Part shown: in pieces, positions 24,478-33,833 of the stretch
Numbering within the stretch: the stretch's first letter is position 1
Layout: each line of letters begins with the position of its first letter
Origin: a virus
Lineage: Duplodnaviria; Caudoviricetes
Reading direction: 5' to 3' (one strand)
IMG/VR virus record: IMGVR_UViG_2937884906_000001
Coordinates: 1-64,000 of that record
Length of the DNA: 64,000 bases
The notes under the pieces: model-generated
Seen by the model: the letters and a program-made list of their open reading frames with translations, nothing else
Told to the model about the DNA's origin: nothing
Database searches by the model: none
Position numbers and translations under genes: made by a program

Positions 24478-24859
24478 AAAACGCCGACCAATCAACGTTC
24501 GACGCCTGTTCGATCGCAGCAGGATTGGTGGCCTGTGCGACTGCGGCCTTTGCTGCCAACCGCATGGTCTCGATCTGCGCCGAAATCGCCGTCCACTGCT
24601 CGGACATGGTCAGCACGATCACCGCCTGGTCATAAGGCGTGATGCCGTTCAGGGCCGCCTCGGCGGTTATGTGTGGGATCTCGGATGGGGAGATGTCGAG
24701 TTGCGCCATCAGCAGCTCGGCCTCGACGCGCTTCTGCTGATAGACCATCTCCTGGCCCGGTACCGATGTGATGAACAGTTTGCGCACCTCGCCGGCTGAG
24801 TTGTCGATCTTCTCCACGGCGGCGGCGCGCAGAGGCGTCAGGTTCTTACTCAGGAGCAT
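24470..24859 (-). CDS. tail fibre assembly/chaperone-like protein (DUF4376-like)
   Basis: PGQEMVYQQK..EA, IETMRL.AK pattern; position after tail tip genes. Confidence 0.6.
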   Translation of the reverse strand: MLLSKNLTPLRAAAVEKIDNSAGEVRKLFITSVPGQEMVYQQKRVEAELLMAQLDISPSEIPHITAEAALNGITPYDQAVIVLTMSEQWTAISAQIETMRLAAKAAVAQATNPAAIEQASNVDWSAFYA

Positions 24860-25352
24860 GGGCAGTCACCTTGATGGTTTTGGCAATGTAGGGCCACTGG
24901 AGGAGCTCCAGCGTGTATTCGGCCGGCATGTCGGAGGAGAGTTCGAGCGTGCCGCCGGTGAGCGTCATCGGCTCGCCGTCGAGACGGACGTCACAGGGAT
25001 CCGGAATGGAAAGCGTCTTGATGTCGACGCCATCGGCGATGATCGAGATCTCATCCGGCAGATCCAGAACCGGCCGGGGAGTGACATGGTCATCGCCGGG
25101 GTTCGCGACATAGTCCGTCAGGATGTCACAGTTCTGGCTGATCTTTCCGTTCGACACCATCTTCGGCGAGCCGTCTTCGTTATAACGAAGCTCACCGGTG
25201 TCCCAGTCCTTTTCATGCTCCAGAGGCGTTGGAAGGGGCGGCAGGTTCAGCACGCCACTCTCCTTGGCAAGCATCATCTCCAGAACGGTTTCATGAACCG
25301 GGTCGGAAATGATGTGGGTGATTTGACCCTTTTCGTCGTATTCAACAATCAT
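24846..25352 (-). CDS. tail-associated hypothetical protein
   Basis: 168-aa ORF in tail operon. Confidence 0.6.
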   Translation of the reverse strand: MIVEYDEKGQITHIISDPVHETVLEMMLAKESGVLNLPPLPTPLEHEKDWDTGELRYNEDGSPKMVSNGKISQNCDILTDYVANPGDDHVTPRPVLDLPDEISIIADGVDIKTLSIPDPCDVRLDGEPMTLTGGTLELSSDMPAEYTLELLQWPYIAKTIKVTAHAPE

Positions 25353-25738
25353 AGATCCAGATCCCAGATGATATATTTCATGACCATTCCCTGTTTAAGT
25401 GGGCCGGAGTATTGGAAATTGCTGGCGTTCACCCGAACCCATGCTGAAGCATTGGTTGGAGAGGCAGAAAGAACAAAATCGTTGATGTAGAGGCCGATAT
25501 AATCATTCGGCCCTGTCGTCTCCACGCACGAGAACATAATCATCGGCATGTTCACGAACGTTTTTCCGTAATTTATCTGATTGATATTTGATTGGAATAC
25601 AACCGACCCCTTTGAATGAACCGGACCCTGACCGAAATCGCTGTCGAACAGCAGATCCTTGCCGGTCACGGTCATCACGTTGAAACCGGGTTTCGATACC
25701 TTCAGGCCGCTTGCTGTGAGAAGAACCCTGTTAGCCAA
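25349..25738 (-). CDS. tail-tip accessory protein, paralog 3
   Basis: NRVLL..GLKVSKPG.NV.T...LLFDS; TTG start; low GC. Confidence 0.7.
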   Translation of the reverse strand: MANRVLLTASGLKVSKPGFNVMTVTGKDLLFDSDFGQGPVHSKGSVVFQSNINQINYGKTFVNMPMIMFSCVETTGPNDYIGLYINDFVLSASPTNASAWVRVNASNFQYSGPLKQGMVMKYIIWDLDL

Positions 25739-26099
25739 CTGGGATCCTTAATACCGCATAGGTCATCGTTCCGTCGTTCGAGATAGAGACGTCGCAGTGG
25801 AGCTTGATCGAGGTGAAGCTCAAATATTGAGCCCATATAATAGACGTATACTGAGCATTGAACCCCGTAACCTTTGGAAAAATCATAATCATTGGAAAAA
25901 AGCCGAGGTTCGGCGTCGTGATGGTTACCTCCTTGCCTGACGGGATTGTCAAGCGACCCGTCTGAACAAACTGGAACGCCTGAAAATTCGTCGAGAACAG
26001 CAAGTCGGAGTCGGCTGCGGTCATGACGTTGACCCCCGGCTTCGAGATGAATAGTCCAATGTCCGAGCCTCTGTTTCCCAGGCAAAGTCTGTTGCTCAA
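25731..26099 (-). CDS. tail-tip accessory protein, paralog 2
   Basis: SNRL.LG..GLFISKPG.NV.TA..LLFST; TTG start. Confidence 0.7.
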   Translation of the reverse strand: MSNRLCLGNRGSDIGLFISKPGVNVMTAADSDLLFSTNFQAFQFVQTGRLTIPSGKEVTITTPNLGFFPMIMIFPKVTGFNAQYTSIIWAQYLSFTSIKLHCDVSISNDGTMTYAVLRIPVG

Positions 26100-26497
26100 A
26101 ATTGGTTTCCCATGATCGCGTAATAAACGATGTCAGAAGCGCCACTATTCCCAAGGGAGAATGTCACCGACCCGTAGGAGCTCTGCAACACGACACTGTG
26201 GTTTGTTTCGTCCGTAAGCATGATGCACCGGAGAACATTCAGTGGATAAAATAGACCTCCCTTCTTAGCCATGGCTAGACAAGACAGGCTTGTGTTGTAG
26301 AACGGAAGAGGGAGGCGGACATAATTGGAGGCTGTCAGATTGATTTGACCGACTTGCAGAATGTTGCCCGCCTCGTTCCAATCACTGCTGAAAGCCAGCT
26401 GCTCGTTCTTGACAGCAGTGGTCACATCATAACTGGGTTTCGCGATCAGCAGCTTGTAGTTGGCGCCGATCTTGCCGAGAAGAACTCTGTTCGACAT
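26096..26497 (-). CDS. tail-tip accessory protein, paralog 1
   Basis: SNRVLLG..LLIAKP.YDV.TA..LAFSS. Confidence 0.7.
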   Translation of the reverse strand: MSNRVLLGKIGANYKLLIAKPSYDVTTAVKNEQLAFSSDWNEAGNILQVGQINLTASNYVRLPLPFYNTSLSCLAMAKKGGLFYPLNVLRCIMLTDETNHSVVLQSSYGSVTFSLGNSGASDIVYYAIMGNQF

Positions 26498-29400
26498 CAG
26501 GTGTTATCCGACATGAGAAGGCGCCCATTGGTCAGGCTCCAGCTTTGCTTGCCGTCTGACGAGCGGATCTCACCGACCGTCACAAGGCCGACGTTGGCGC
26601 TGATCGCGGACAACGAGTTGGTCTCAATGCTGCCGGGACCAATCAACGTGGCACCACCAACGCTCCATGGCGACGGCTGGGTCTGGTTGTCGGTCGCCTC
26701 ACCAAAGAAGGGGCGAGCGAGCCAACAATAACAGTCCGTGCCGGCAACTTTTGGCAAGGAGCCAAGAATTACAAGAGCTTTTACGGCGCCGGCTGGAGCC
26801 GTAGCAATAACAAATTCACGACGATATAGACCAAGGTTGTAGTTTGCCAGTCCATTGTCTGGACCACCGCTAGAGATATTGCTATCTAGAATAGCTACTC
26901 CGTCAGCATTGTAAAAACGTAAAATGCCAAAGTTCTTTGTTCGGATCGTATAGAAGTATGCTGAAAGTTGATACTTCTTTCCTGGAATGACCGGGAAATA
27001 TTTAGTCGCTCCAACTGCATCGGTCGCTACAAAATAACCATAGTCAGCCGCTGCTGACCCAACAGCCGTGTATATCTGAAGCGCTCCACCCGGAGGTGCA
27101 TAACCGTCAGTTCGTATGGCAGCACCGACAGTCGCCGAGGTGCGGCTTAGTGCCCAATTGGTCAATCCGGCACTGAGATCAGCATTGTCAAGCCAGTTTC
27201 CGCCCGTGCCTACCTGAAGATGCTGTGCCTGGATCCCGCCATCAACGATCAAGCTTCCGCCATATCGTTTTCTAAGAGACCCGTACTCACACACGTAAGC
27301 GGTGTCTGGTGCGGCGCCACCGTTGGTGTCAAAAACAAGACGAGCAAACGATGCACCTACAGGAGCATTCGCAGACACCGACCTCAACGTGTGACCAGTG
27401 TCTGCGATACTCCATACTGGAAGAATGGTATTGGTGATTATAGTCGTTTTATCTGCTTTAACCCACTGACAATACATACGCAGATTGCCAATAGTGCCGG
27501 CGGTGCCCATACGCATAACGCCGGATATTTCGTAATTTTCTCCTGGGTCAACAGATATCCACTGGCTAATCGCAATATTTCCCGACGTTTGCGCCGGCAT
27601 CAACAAATCAGTTCCACTGCTATTGTAGCCAATGTTGCCAACATTCAATCTAAAGCTGGCGCTGGGGTGTAGTATTGCCCAGGCATTTTGACTGGCAAAA
27701 TACGGATCAGAATTCAGATTGTCGAAATTGGTGATCAACATCTCGCGGGCTGTGACTGAGCCTGCCTGGATGTGCCGGGACTTGATGGCGTCGGTTTGGA
27801 TGGCATCGGAGTCGATCGCGTTGACCCGCGCCTGGTCGGCGATGACCGTGCCGGTCTTCAGCTGACCACCGTCGATGATCGTGCGCCCGTAGGTGCCATC
27901 CAGGGACTTTCCCCCTTTGTAGGTCGCAACCACGATCGCGTCGTGATCGAAGGCCGTCAGAGGGTCTGTGGTGGCCGTAAGCGTCGTGGCGCCCTTCATG
28001 AAGCAAATGAAGAGGGTGCTCGTCGCCCAGGTGGCGTTGCCGGCCGCGATATTGCGCGTGGCTGTGTTGCCGTCGTCGCCGGTGTAGCGCACGACGCCAG
28101 AGGTCCACGACACCATGTTGGTGCTCGGGCTGTTGTAGTCGAAGATGATGTCCTCGACCTGAAGACCACGCTGGCCGAAGATGCCCTTGTCAGCTGTGAC
28201 GGTTCCGGTCCCCAGCTTGTTGCCGTCGATCGTCGTCAGATCGCCAGGGTTGCGCCAGTCCGACAACATGGTGTCGCCCTGGACGCGGACCTTGCCGCCT
28301 TCGATCGAGACTGAGCCACCGTTGATCAGATCCGCGAGTTCAGGGCACTCGGGCGTGACCAAAGTCTCTTCCGCGGTGGTGCCGGAGCGGTTGCCGAACT
28401 GGTCGACCGCAGACGCACGAACCTTGTAGGTCTGGAGCGGAAGCACGGTCCACTCGAACGTGGGCGTACTGGAGGTGAAGCTCACCCAGTTGCCGGCGTT
28501 CTGCTTGATCTCGAAATCGAAGTAGGCGAAGTCCTGGTCGGCCGCCGCGTTCAGGCCAGCTGTCAGGATCATGCGCTGCACGACGCCCTCGACCGTCTCC
28601 AGGCGAGAGGACAGCGCAAGGCCAGTCGGGTCAGCCGGGGGTTCGATGTCCACCGTCTGATAGGATTGAGCTAAGACCTCCTGACTGTAATTCAGTTCGG
28701 TCTTGCCCATCGTGTCGTAGAGAGCGACCACGGCGTAGCAGACACTCATGCTCGGGACCGCCACCGACAGAGTGTTGCTGTTGATGTCCATGCTGGGAGC
28801 ATGAGAGGTCGGATCTATCCCCGGCGTGTTTGAGAGCCAGATCAGGGCGCCCACATAGTCGACCAGGCCGTCGATCGGCCAGGAGAAGGAAACCGATCCG
28901 AAACCACGGTCGGCCGCCACCAGGGGTGCTGCCGGAGCGGGGTTCTTGATCAGGAAAGAGACTGGGGCCGAGTTGTTGCCGAAGAGATCGTAGGCGGTGA
29001 CCGCCACGCGCAACTGGCGCGTGGCCGCGTCGGCGCGGATCATCGCGGTCGTGTACGAGAAGGCCGGAGCGCTGACGAACACCGTTCGCAGGAGCACTTC
29101 GCTGTCGTTGAAGATCTGCACACGGTAAGAGGCGAGCGCGGGGTCACTCTCCCCAGGCTCCCACTGCAGATCAGCATGGACATCGTCGAACAGATGCAGC
29201 GCGCCGTCGACCCCAGACTGGTTGGTGAGCGTCAGGTTCTTGATCGGGGCGACCGCACGGACCTCGCCACTGAGGTCGATGTCCGCATAGCCGATGACGG
29301 ATTTTTGACCGGTCAATGCCAGCGCTTGGATCGAGAAGAGGTAGCGGCCCTGCTTGACGTCGTAGAGCTCAAACCGGGGTGTCTTCACCTCGCCGTTGAA

Positions 29401-31941
29401 CTGCCACTGGTCGTCGTTGAAACGCGAGCTGATCGAATAGGTCCGCACGAATTTGTTGGGGTGTGGATCCCATTCGACACGCAGATTTTGGACAGGGCGA
29501 CCGTTGCGGACCTCCGAGAAGGGTGTCACACGCGCGTTGGTGACGGCCGAGAGATCGGTCGGGAACTCGGGAATATCGACGACGACTGAGCCTGGTGACT
29601 CGGCGGCGGTGGGATACTTCGTCCGGTTCACCTCGATCGCGCTGATGGTAACGCTCTCGCTGTCCCCTTCCCCCTCACCACCCTCACCGATCGTGAGAAC
29701 CCGGTAAGGCTTTGCGTTCAGGCCGATAGAAAAGACTGCCTGGGTAGGAATGCCGCTTGGCAGCTGCTCGGTGACCTTGAGCACCTTTGTCGCGTGGCCA
29801 ACCGACGCCACGTCGATCGGCAAGGTTGCGAGCTCAAACTGGTTCAGGTTGATGACGATCTCGTGGTCGAAGCCGTCTTCCAAGAAGACGTTGTCCCGCA
29901 AGAAAATAAGCTGACTGCCATCAGTGCCTGTGATGCGGCCGGTGATGACGTCATCCATGGTGTCGTCGGAGACAAGGATGATCTCGTAAGGCTCGAGATA
30001 GAGACCCTCGCGCGCCGTCTCGAACGTGACCGTTTCCACTTCGGTCTGATCAGTCAGCAGCTTGACCGTTGCCCGGAAGATGGCCTCGTCGGCGTTGTTA
30101 CAACCTACCGCGATGAAATCGTCGGGAGCACGCCCGTACGCGTCGATCGCCGGCTGGGACCTGACACGCCGCTGGTCTTGGGCGTAGAAGAGCGCCGGGT
30201 TTTTGAAGGCAACCGTGTAGTCGTTGATGCGGCTTTCGATTTCCGTATAGGAATACTTGAAGATGCCGTTTTTGACGTTCTCCTTGGCGAACAGATGGAC
30301 TGCCGGCGCTTGGCCGTTGTCCAGGCGCAGCCGGCCGTAGCCGTTGCCGTCGTCAAAGAAGCGACCACCGAACACACCGAAAATGTAGGTGGCCAGCTCG
30401 CGCGGCGATTGGGGGTCTTTGATCAGCTGGTTGAAGGTGAATTGGGGCTTGCCGTTGGGGAGCCGGATATCGCACCACTGGCCCGCCTCATAGACGTCGA
30501 AAGGATCGAGCGTGATCGGATAGGTGGAGCTCATGCCATAGACGTCGTTCTCGACCATGTCGTAGCCGACGAAGGCAGGGTTATTGCTGTAGGCCTGCTT
30601 CCAGGTGCCGTCCCAGATGCCTGCGTAGGTGCGAGCCACTGGGTCGTAGTTCGAGGGCACCTTGACGATCCGTCCTTCGTAGACGCCCTGAAACGTCGGC
30701 AGGCTGGAGAACTGATCGCTGGCCCTGCCCTTCAGACGGATGGTTGCCAGGTTCGGGAACAGCAGCGGCTCTGCCTTCACCTCCTGGAAGCTCTCCCAGG
30801 AGACGTCGGTGCGATCGTCTTCGAGATCGTCGCTGTCCGTCGTCAGCTTGGTGACGCGGATGTCGTACGGGACGCCGATACGGTCGACCTTGATCCGCAC
30901 TTCCTTGACGGCGTTCGAGGTGATCTTCTCGTTGACATGAAGAACGCCATTCTGGGAAATGATCTTGTTGCCGGCGGTGGGGTCATAAGTGCCCTTTGCC
31001 GGAAGCGACGTGACCCAGGCAGCGCCATTGAACCACAATAAGCGGGCGGAGGCCGGATTGTACCAAAGGTCACCGACCCGGGGGCTGGCGGGCGTGCCAG
31101 ACGTCCAGAAATAGATGGTGCGCTTGATGTCCGACCGGGTTGGGTCGATCAGGGCGATGTAGTTCGCATCCTCGAAGGTGGCGCTCTCCCGACCGACCGT
31201 GGCGTCAACGGTGAGACCGTCAGGAACATAGAACTCCTCATTCGAATAGAACTTCGGGTGGAACTCACCCGCGGCCGAATTGATCCACCACACGCGGTTG
31301 CCATAGGCGGGCGCCAGGGCACGCTCTTCGGAGGTCGGGTCCGGCTCGGCAGGTTGGTTGTAGATCACCTGAGTACGGCCGGCGGTCATGGCCGATACGA
31401 TGTCACCGCGGTGGACGACCTTCAGACTGTTCTCATACTGCTGGGTCGTCGTTCCGATCTCGGCATACAGGACTGGAAGCTGCCAAGTTGCTTCGTCGGA
31501 CGGCTTGATCTCGATCCTCACATCGAGATCTCGGGCGCTCGTCCCGTCCTCATTTGAACGCAGGAGTTGATTGATGACGAGACGGAGCTCCAGCCAGTCG
31601 ATGTCGACTTGCGAGCCCTGTCTGGTGACGCCAACATTCTGCGCGAGACTGCTACTGACGGTCGTGCTGGTGGCCTGGCCACCCAGCGACAAGACGATGA
31701 GCTCGCCCTGCGGTGACCCCACATTCACGTCGAGCTCAAAATCCTGAAAATTGGGGCTTCCGTTTGCGTTGAGCAGCGGGGTTTCGCCAATGTAGAAGTT
31801 CTTGGCGCTGTTGTCCTTCAGACCCTTGATCTTGCCTTCGGAGACGGCCAGAACCACTTCGACGATATCGTCGGTGAAATAGCTGTCGGGACTATTGCTC
31901 GCCCCACCGCCACCAAAGCCGCTGCCTGCAAACTTACGCAT
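26497..31941 (-). CDS. central tail fibre / host specificity protein (lambda J-like)
   Basis: 1814 aa; GRIVKVPSNYDP...YAGIWDG.WK.A..NNPA, FN3-like repeats, beta-helix repeats, two C-terminal CBM-like modules. Confidence 0.93.
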   Translation of the reverse strand: MRKFAGSGFGGGGASNSPDSYFTDDIVEVVLAVSEGKIKGLKDNSAKNFYIGETPLLNANGSPNFQDFELDVNVGSPQGELIVLSLGGQATSTTVSSSLAQNVGVTRQGSQVDIDWLELRLVINQLLRSNEDGTSARDLDVRIEIKPSDEATWQLPVLYAEIGTTTQQYENSLKVVHRGDIVSAMTAGRTQVIYNQPAEPDPTSEERALAPAYGNRVWWINSAAGEFHPKFYSNEEFYVPDGLTVDATVGRESATFEDANYIALIDPTRSDIKRTIYFWTSGTPASPRVGDLWYNPASARLLWFNGAAWVTSLPAKGTYDPTAGNKIISQNGVLHVNEKITSNAVKEVRIKVDRIGVPYDIRVTKLTTDSDDLEDDRTDVSWESFQEVKAEPLLFPNLATIRLKGRASDQFSSLPTFQGVYEGRIVKVPSNYDPVARTYAGIWDGTWKQAYSNNPAFVGYDMVENDVYGMSSTYPITLDPFDVYEAGQWCDIRLPNGKPQFTFNQLIKDPQSPRELATYIFGVFGGRFFDDGNGYGRLRLDNGQAPAVHLFAKENVKNGIFKYSYTEIESRINDYTVAFKNPALFYAQDQRRVRSQPAIDAYGRAPDDFIAVGCNNADEAIFRATVKLLTDQTEVETVTFETAREGLYLEPYEIILVSDDTMDDVITGRITGTDGSQLIFLRDNVFLEDGFDHEIVINLNQFELATLPIDVASVGHATKVLKVTEQLPSGIPTQAVFSIGLNAKPYRVLTIGEGGEGEGDSESVTISAIEVNRTKYPTAAESPGSVVVDIPEFPTDLSAVTNARVTPFSEVRNGRPVQNLRVEWDPHPNKFVRTYSISSRFNDDQWQFNGEVKTPRFELYDVKQGRYLFSIQALALTGQKSVIGYADIDLSGEVRAVAPIKNLTLTNQSGVDGALHLFDDVHADLQWEPGESDPALASYRVQIFNDSEVLLRTVFVSAPAFSYTTAMIRADAATRQLRVAVTAYDLFGNNSAPVSFLIKNPAPAAPLVAADRGFGSVSFSWPIDGLVDYVGALIWLSNTPGIDPTSHAPSMDINSNTLSVAVPSMSVCYAVVALYDTMGKTELNYSQEVLAQSYQTVDIEPPADPTGLALSSRLETVEGVVQRMILTAGLNAAADQDFAYFDFEIKQNAGNWVSFTSSTPTFEWTVLPLQTYKVRASAVDQFGNRSGTTAEETLVTPECPELADLINGGSVSIEGGKVRVQGDTMLSDWRNPGDLTTIDGNKLGTGTVTADKGIFGQRGLQVEDIIFDYNSPSTNMVSWTSGVVRYTGDDGNTATRNIAAGNATWATSTLFICFMKGATTLTATTDPLTAFDHDAIVVATYKGGKSLDGTYGRTIIDGGQLKTGTVIADQARVNAIDSDAIQTDAIKSRHIQAGSVTAREMLITNFDNLNSDPYFASQNAWAILHPSASFRLNVGNIGYNSSGTDLLMPAQTSGNIAISQWISVDPGENYEISGVMRMGTAGTIGNLRMYCQWVKADKTTIITNTILPVWSIADTGHTLRSVSANAPVGASFARLVFDTNGGAAPDTAYVCEYGSLRKRYGGSLIVDGGIQAQHLQVGTGGNWLDNADLSAGLTNWALSRTSATVGAAIRTDGYAPPGGALQIYTAVGSAAADYGYFVATDAVGATKYFPVIPGKKYQLSAYFYTIRTKNFGILRFYNADGVAILDSNISSGGPDNGLANYNLGLYRREFVIATAPAGAVKALVILGSLPKVAGTDCYCWLARPFFGEATDNQTQPSPWSVGGATLIGPGSIETNSLSAISANVGLVTVGEIRSSDGKQSWSLTNGRLLMSDNT

Positions 31942-32959
31942 TGGCCCACCGCTTACGCATCCACGCGAGACGATCGACCGCTTGCTCGGGGTCGAACTCC
32001 CAACGGATAAAGTTCAAGGGTGAAGTCGCGTACGGGTCGATCAGCGCCACCGGGCAGGTGTAGAGATTGAGGTTCTCCGCGCCGATCGCATCGCCGAAGC
32101 TGTCGATTTCCTTGTAGGTGCCGACCTGGACCGCGTGGAAAGCGCGCTCGGCGCCGGGATGAGCTCCCAGCGTGTAGCCGGCCGAGTGAATGTGACCAGA
32201 GACGTAGATGTCGTGCTGACCGTCGAACAGCGCCTTCTTCACGGCGCCGAAATTCTTCAGGTACATGGAATTGCCGGGGAAGCCGTGCGCGGCGTAGATG
32301 CCCAGCTTGCGACCGTTTGGGAAGCGCAGGCCGACACGGGCACGCCAGTCGCGGGCGGCGCCCGCATTGCCGGCCAGCATCTGGTCGAGGATCTTGGAGT
32401 GGCCAGACCACAGGTCGTGGTTGCCGTAGATCACGAACATCCAGTGGACGCGGTTCAGGAAATATTCGACCAGTGCGCGGGCCTCGGCCCCATCAGTGGT
32501 CTGCTCGGACCAGAGACGTGCGAGACGGCCGGACCAGTTGTTCCACATGTCGCCGAGGCAAGCACCGAACATGCCCTCGTTGCGACCGTCGAAGATTTCG
32601 GTGTGTCGAAGCAGGAGCTTGATGTTGCAGCCGTCGCTGTCGACGTGGGGGTCACCCATGAAGCCGAGACCGACCGGGCCGTCGATGTTGATCCTGACCG
32701 GGATCAGCTTGTCGTGCTCGCGCTGCTTGTTTTTCTTTTCGAAAACCCGGATCCGGCGCTCGAGCAGCTCTTCGATGTCGACAGCCGGACCATCATCCAC
32801 CGTGAACGGCTCATCGGCCGCTGTGGGCATGTTTGCCAGCGCGCGCCGGAGCGTCCGCTCGGAGATGTCGAAGCCCATGCTGCGAAGCATCCGCTCAGCC
32901 GGTCGGAAGCCTCCTGCCTTGCTGAACGCCTCGATCATCTTCTCGGGAGTTGGTTTCAT
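31934..32959 (-). CDS. HTH-fused calcineurin-like metallophosphoesterase
   Basis: N-terminal HTH (DISERTLRRAL); GDPH, GD..NN, GNHD, HG, GHIH. Confidence 0.85.
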   Translation of the reverse strand: MKPTPEKMIEAFSKAGGFRPAERMLRSMGFDISERTLRRALANMPTAADEPFTVDDGPAVDIEELLERRIRVFEKKNKQREHDKLIPVRINIDGPVGLGFMGDPHVDSDGCNIKLLLRHTEIFDGRNEGMFGACLGDMWNNWSGRLARLWSEQTTDGAEARALVEYFLNRVHWMFVIYGNHDLWSGHSKILDQMLAGNAGAARDWRARVGLRFPNGRKLGIYAAHGFPGNSMYLKNFGAVKKALFDGQHDIYVSGHIHSAGYTLGAHPGAERAFHAVQVGTYKEIDSFGDAIGAENLNLYTCPVALIDPYATSPLNFIRWEFDPEQAVDRLAWMRKRWANA

Positions 32960-32965
32960 GTGCTG

Positions 32966-33493
32966 TTATCCCGTTACAATTGCGTCGGTGTCGAAGGAGA
33001 GGTAATGGCCGCCGCACAGGTCCTCGCCGTACAGAAACGGGATGCGCGTCCCGATCGTGACCGTGTTCTCGGAGGCTCCGAGGTAGTGAGATTTTTTCTG
33101 GTCGTCTTCGCTGCTGGGGGTCGGCATCAGCATCTGCGCAACGCCACCGAGGAAGGCGAGCGCGCCCGCTTGAACCAGCCAGCCGACGCCCGCAAACCAA
33201 CCCACCGCCACGAGTGCGACACCGAGCAGGATCTGGAGAAACCCGCCCTTCTTGCCGCCTACGAACTGGGGAATGAGATGGATCTCCCCGTCCTTGGCCG
33301 GCCGGTACAAGTCTTCGACCTTGTCACAACCCACCACCGAGATACGGTGGCGGCCGTGGACGGCGTTTGGACGGAAGCCAGGGAGTTGGGGAGTAACGAG
33401 GGCGACAGCTTCGGCGACAGTGGCGGCTTCGACCTCGATCGGGCCCTCATGGAATTTGGCGAAGTATCCGTGGAGGAATACCTTAACCTTCAT
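32966..33493 (-). CDS. tail assembly protein I (ubiquitin-like)
   Basis: beta-grasp N-terminus, I.LIPQF.GGK.GG.LQILLG.AL, C-terminal IP.LYG. Confidence 0.88.
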   Translation of the reverse strand: MKVKVFLHGYFAKFHEGPIEVEAATVAEAVALVTPQLPGFRPNAVHGRHRISVVGCDKVEDLYRPAKDGEIHLIPQFVGGKKGGFLQILLGVALVAVGWFAGVGWLVQAGALAFLGGVAQMLMPTPSSEDDQKKSHYLGASENTVTIGTRIPFLYGEDLCGGHYLSFDTDAIVTG

Positions 33494-33833
33494 TTTCCCA
33501 TTTCTGATCGGTCAGGACGCGGCCCTTATCGACGCGATACGAAGTCACTCCGTCCGTACCGATGATGAGGTGAAGCCAGTCGCGATAGTTGCGGAAGCCG
33601 TACCAGTCGTTGGTCGAGAGGTTCGAGTTCTGGCCGGGGTGGGTGTGCCACGTTGCGGCGATCTTGTCGTGGTACTTGAGTAGGTCCTGACCCGACACTT
33701 CGAAGCCGTTGTCCGAATGGATACAGATGTTTTCAACCTCGACGATCTCGCCGGTCGTCAGGACGAAGCCGACGCGCTCAGGGCCGTCCGTCAGCTTCTG
33801 GTTGAGTTCCTGAATGGGCGGCTCGAAGTTCAT
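33483..33833 (-). CDS. JAB/MPN domain tail-tip protein (K N-terminal half)
   Basis: ERVGF...WHTHP....LS..D JAMM motif. Confidence 0.85.
   Translation of the reverse strand: MNFEPPIQELNQKLTDGPERVGFVLTTGEIVEVENICIHSDNGFEVSGQDLLKYHDKIAATWHTHPGQNSNLSTNDWYGFRNYRDWLHLIIGTDGVTSYRVDKGRVLTDQKWENEG

Noticed and set aside
25349-27750. Diversity-generating retroelement target in the tail fibre
   Set aside because: No reverse transcriptase and no TR/VR repeat pair differing at adenines was seen.
31934-32959. Metallophosphoesterase as a lambda NinI-type protein phosphatase opposing the kinases
   Set aside because: It lacks the PPP signatures GDxxDRG and GNHE, so a nuclease/phosphodiesterase-type enzyme is more likely.
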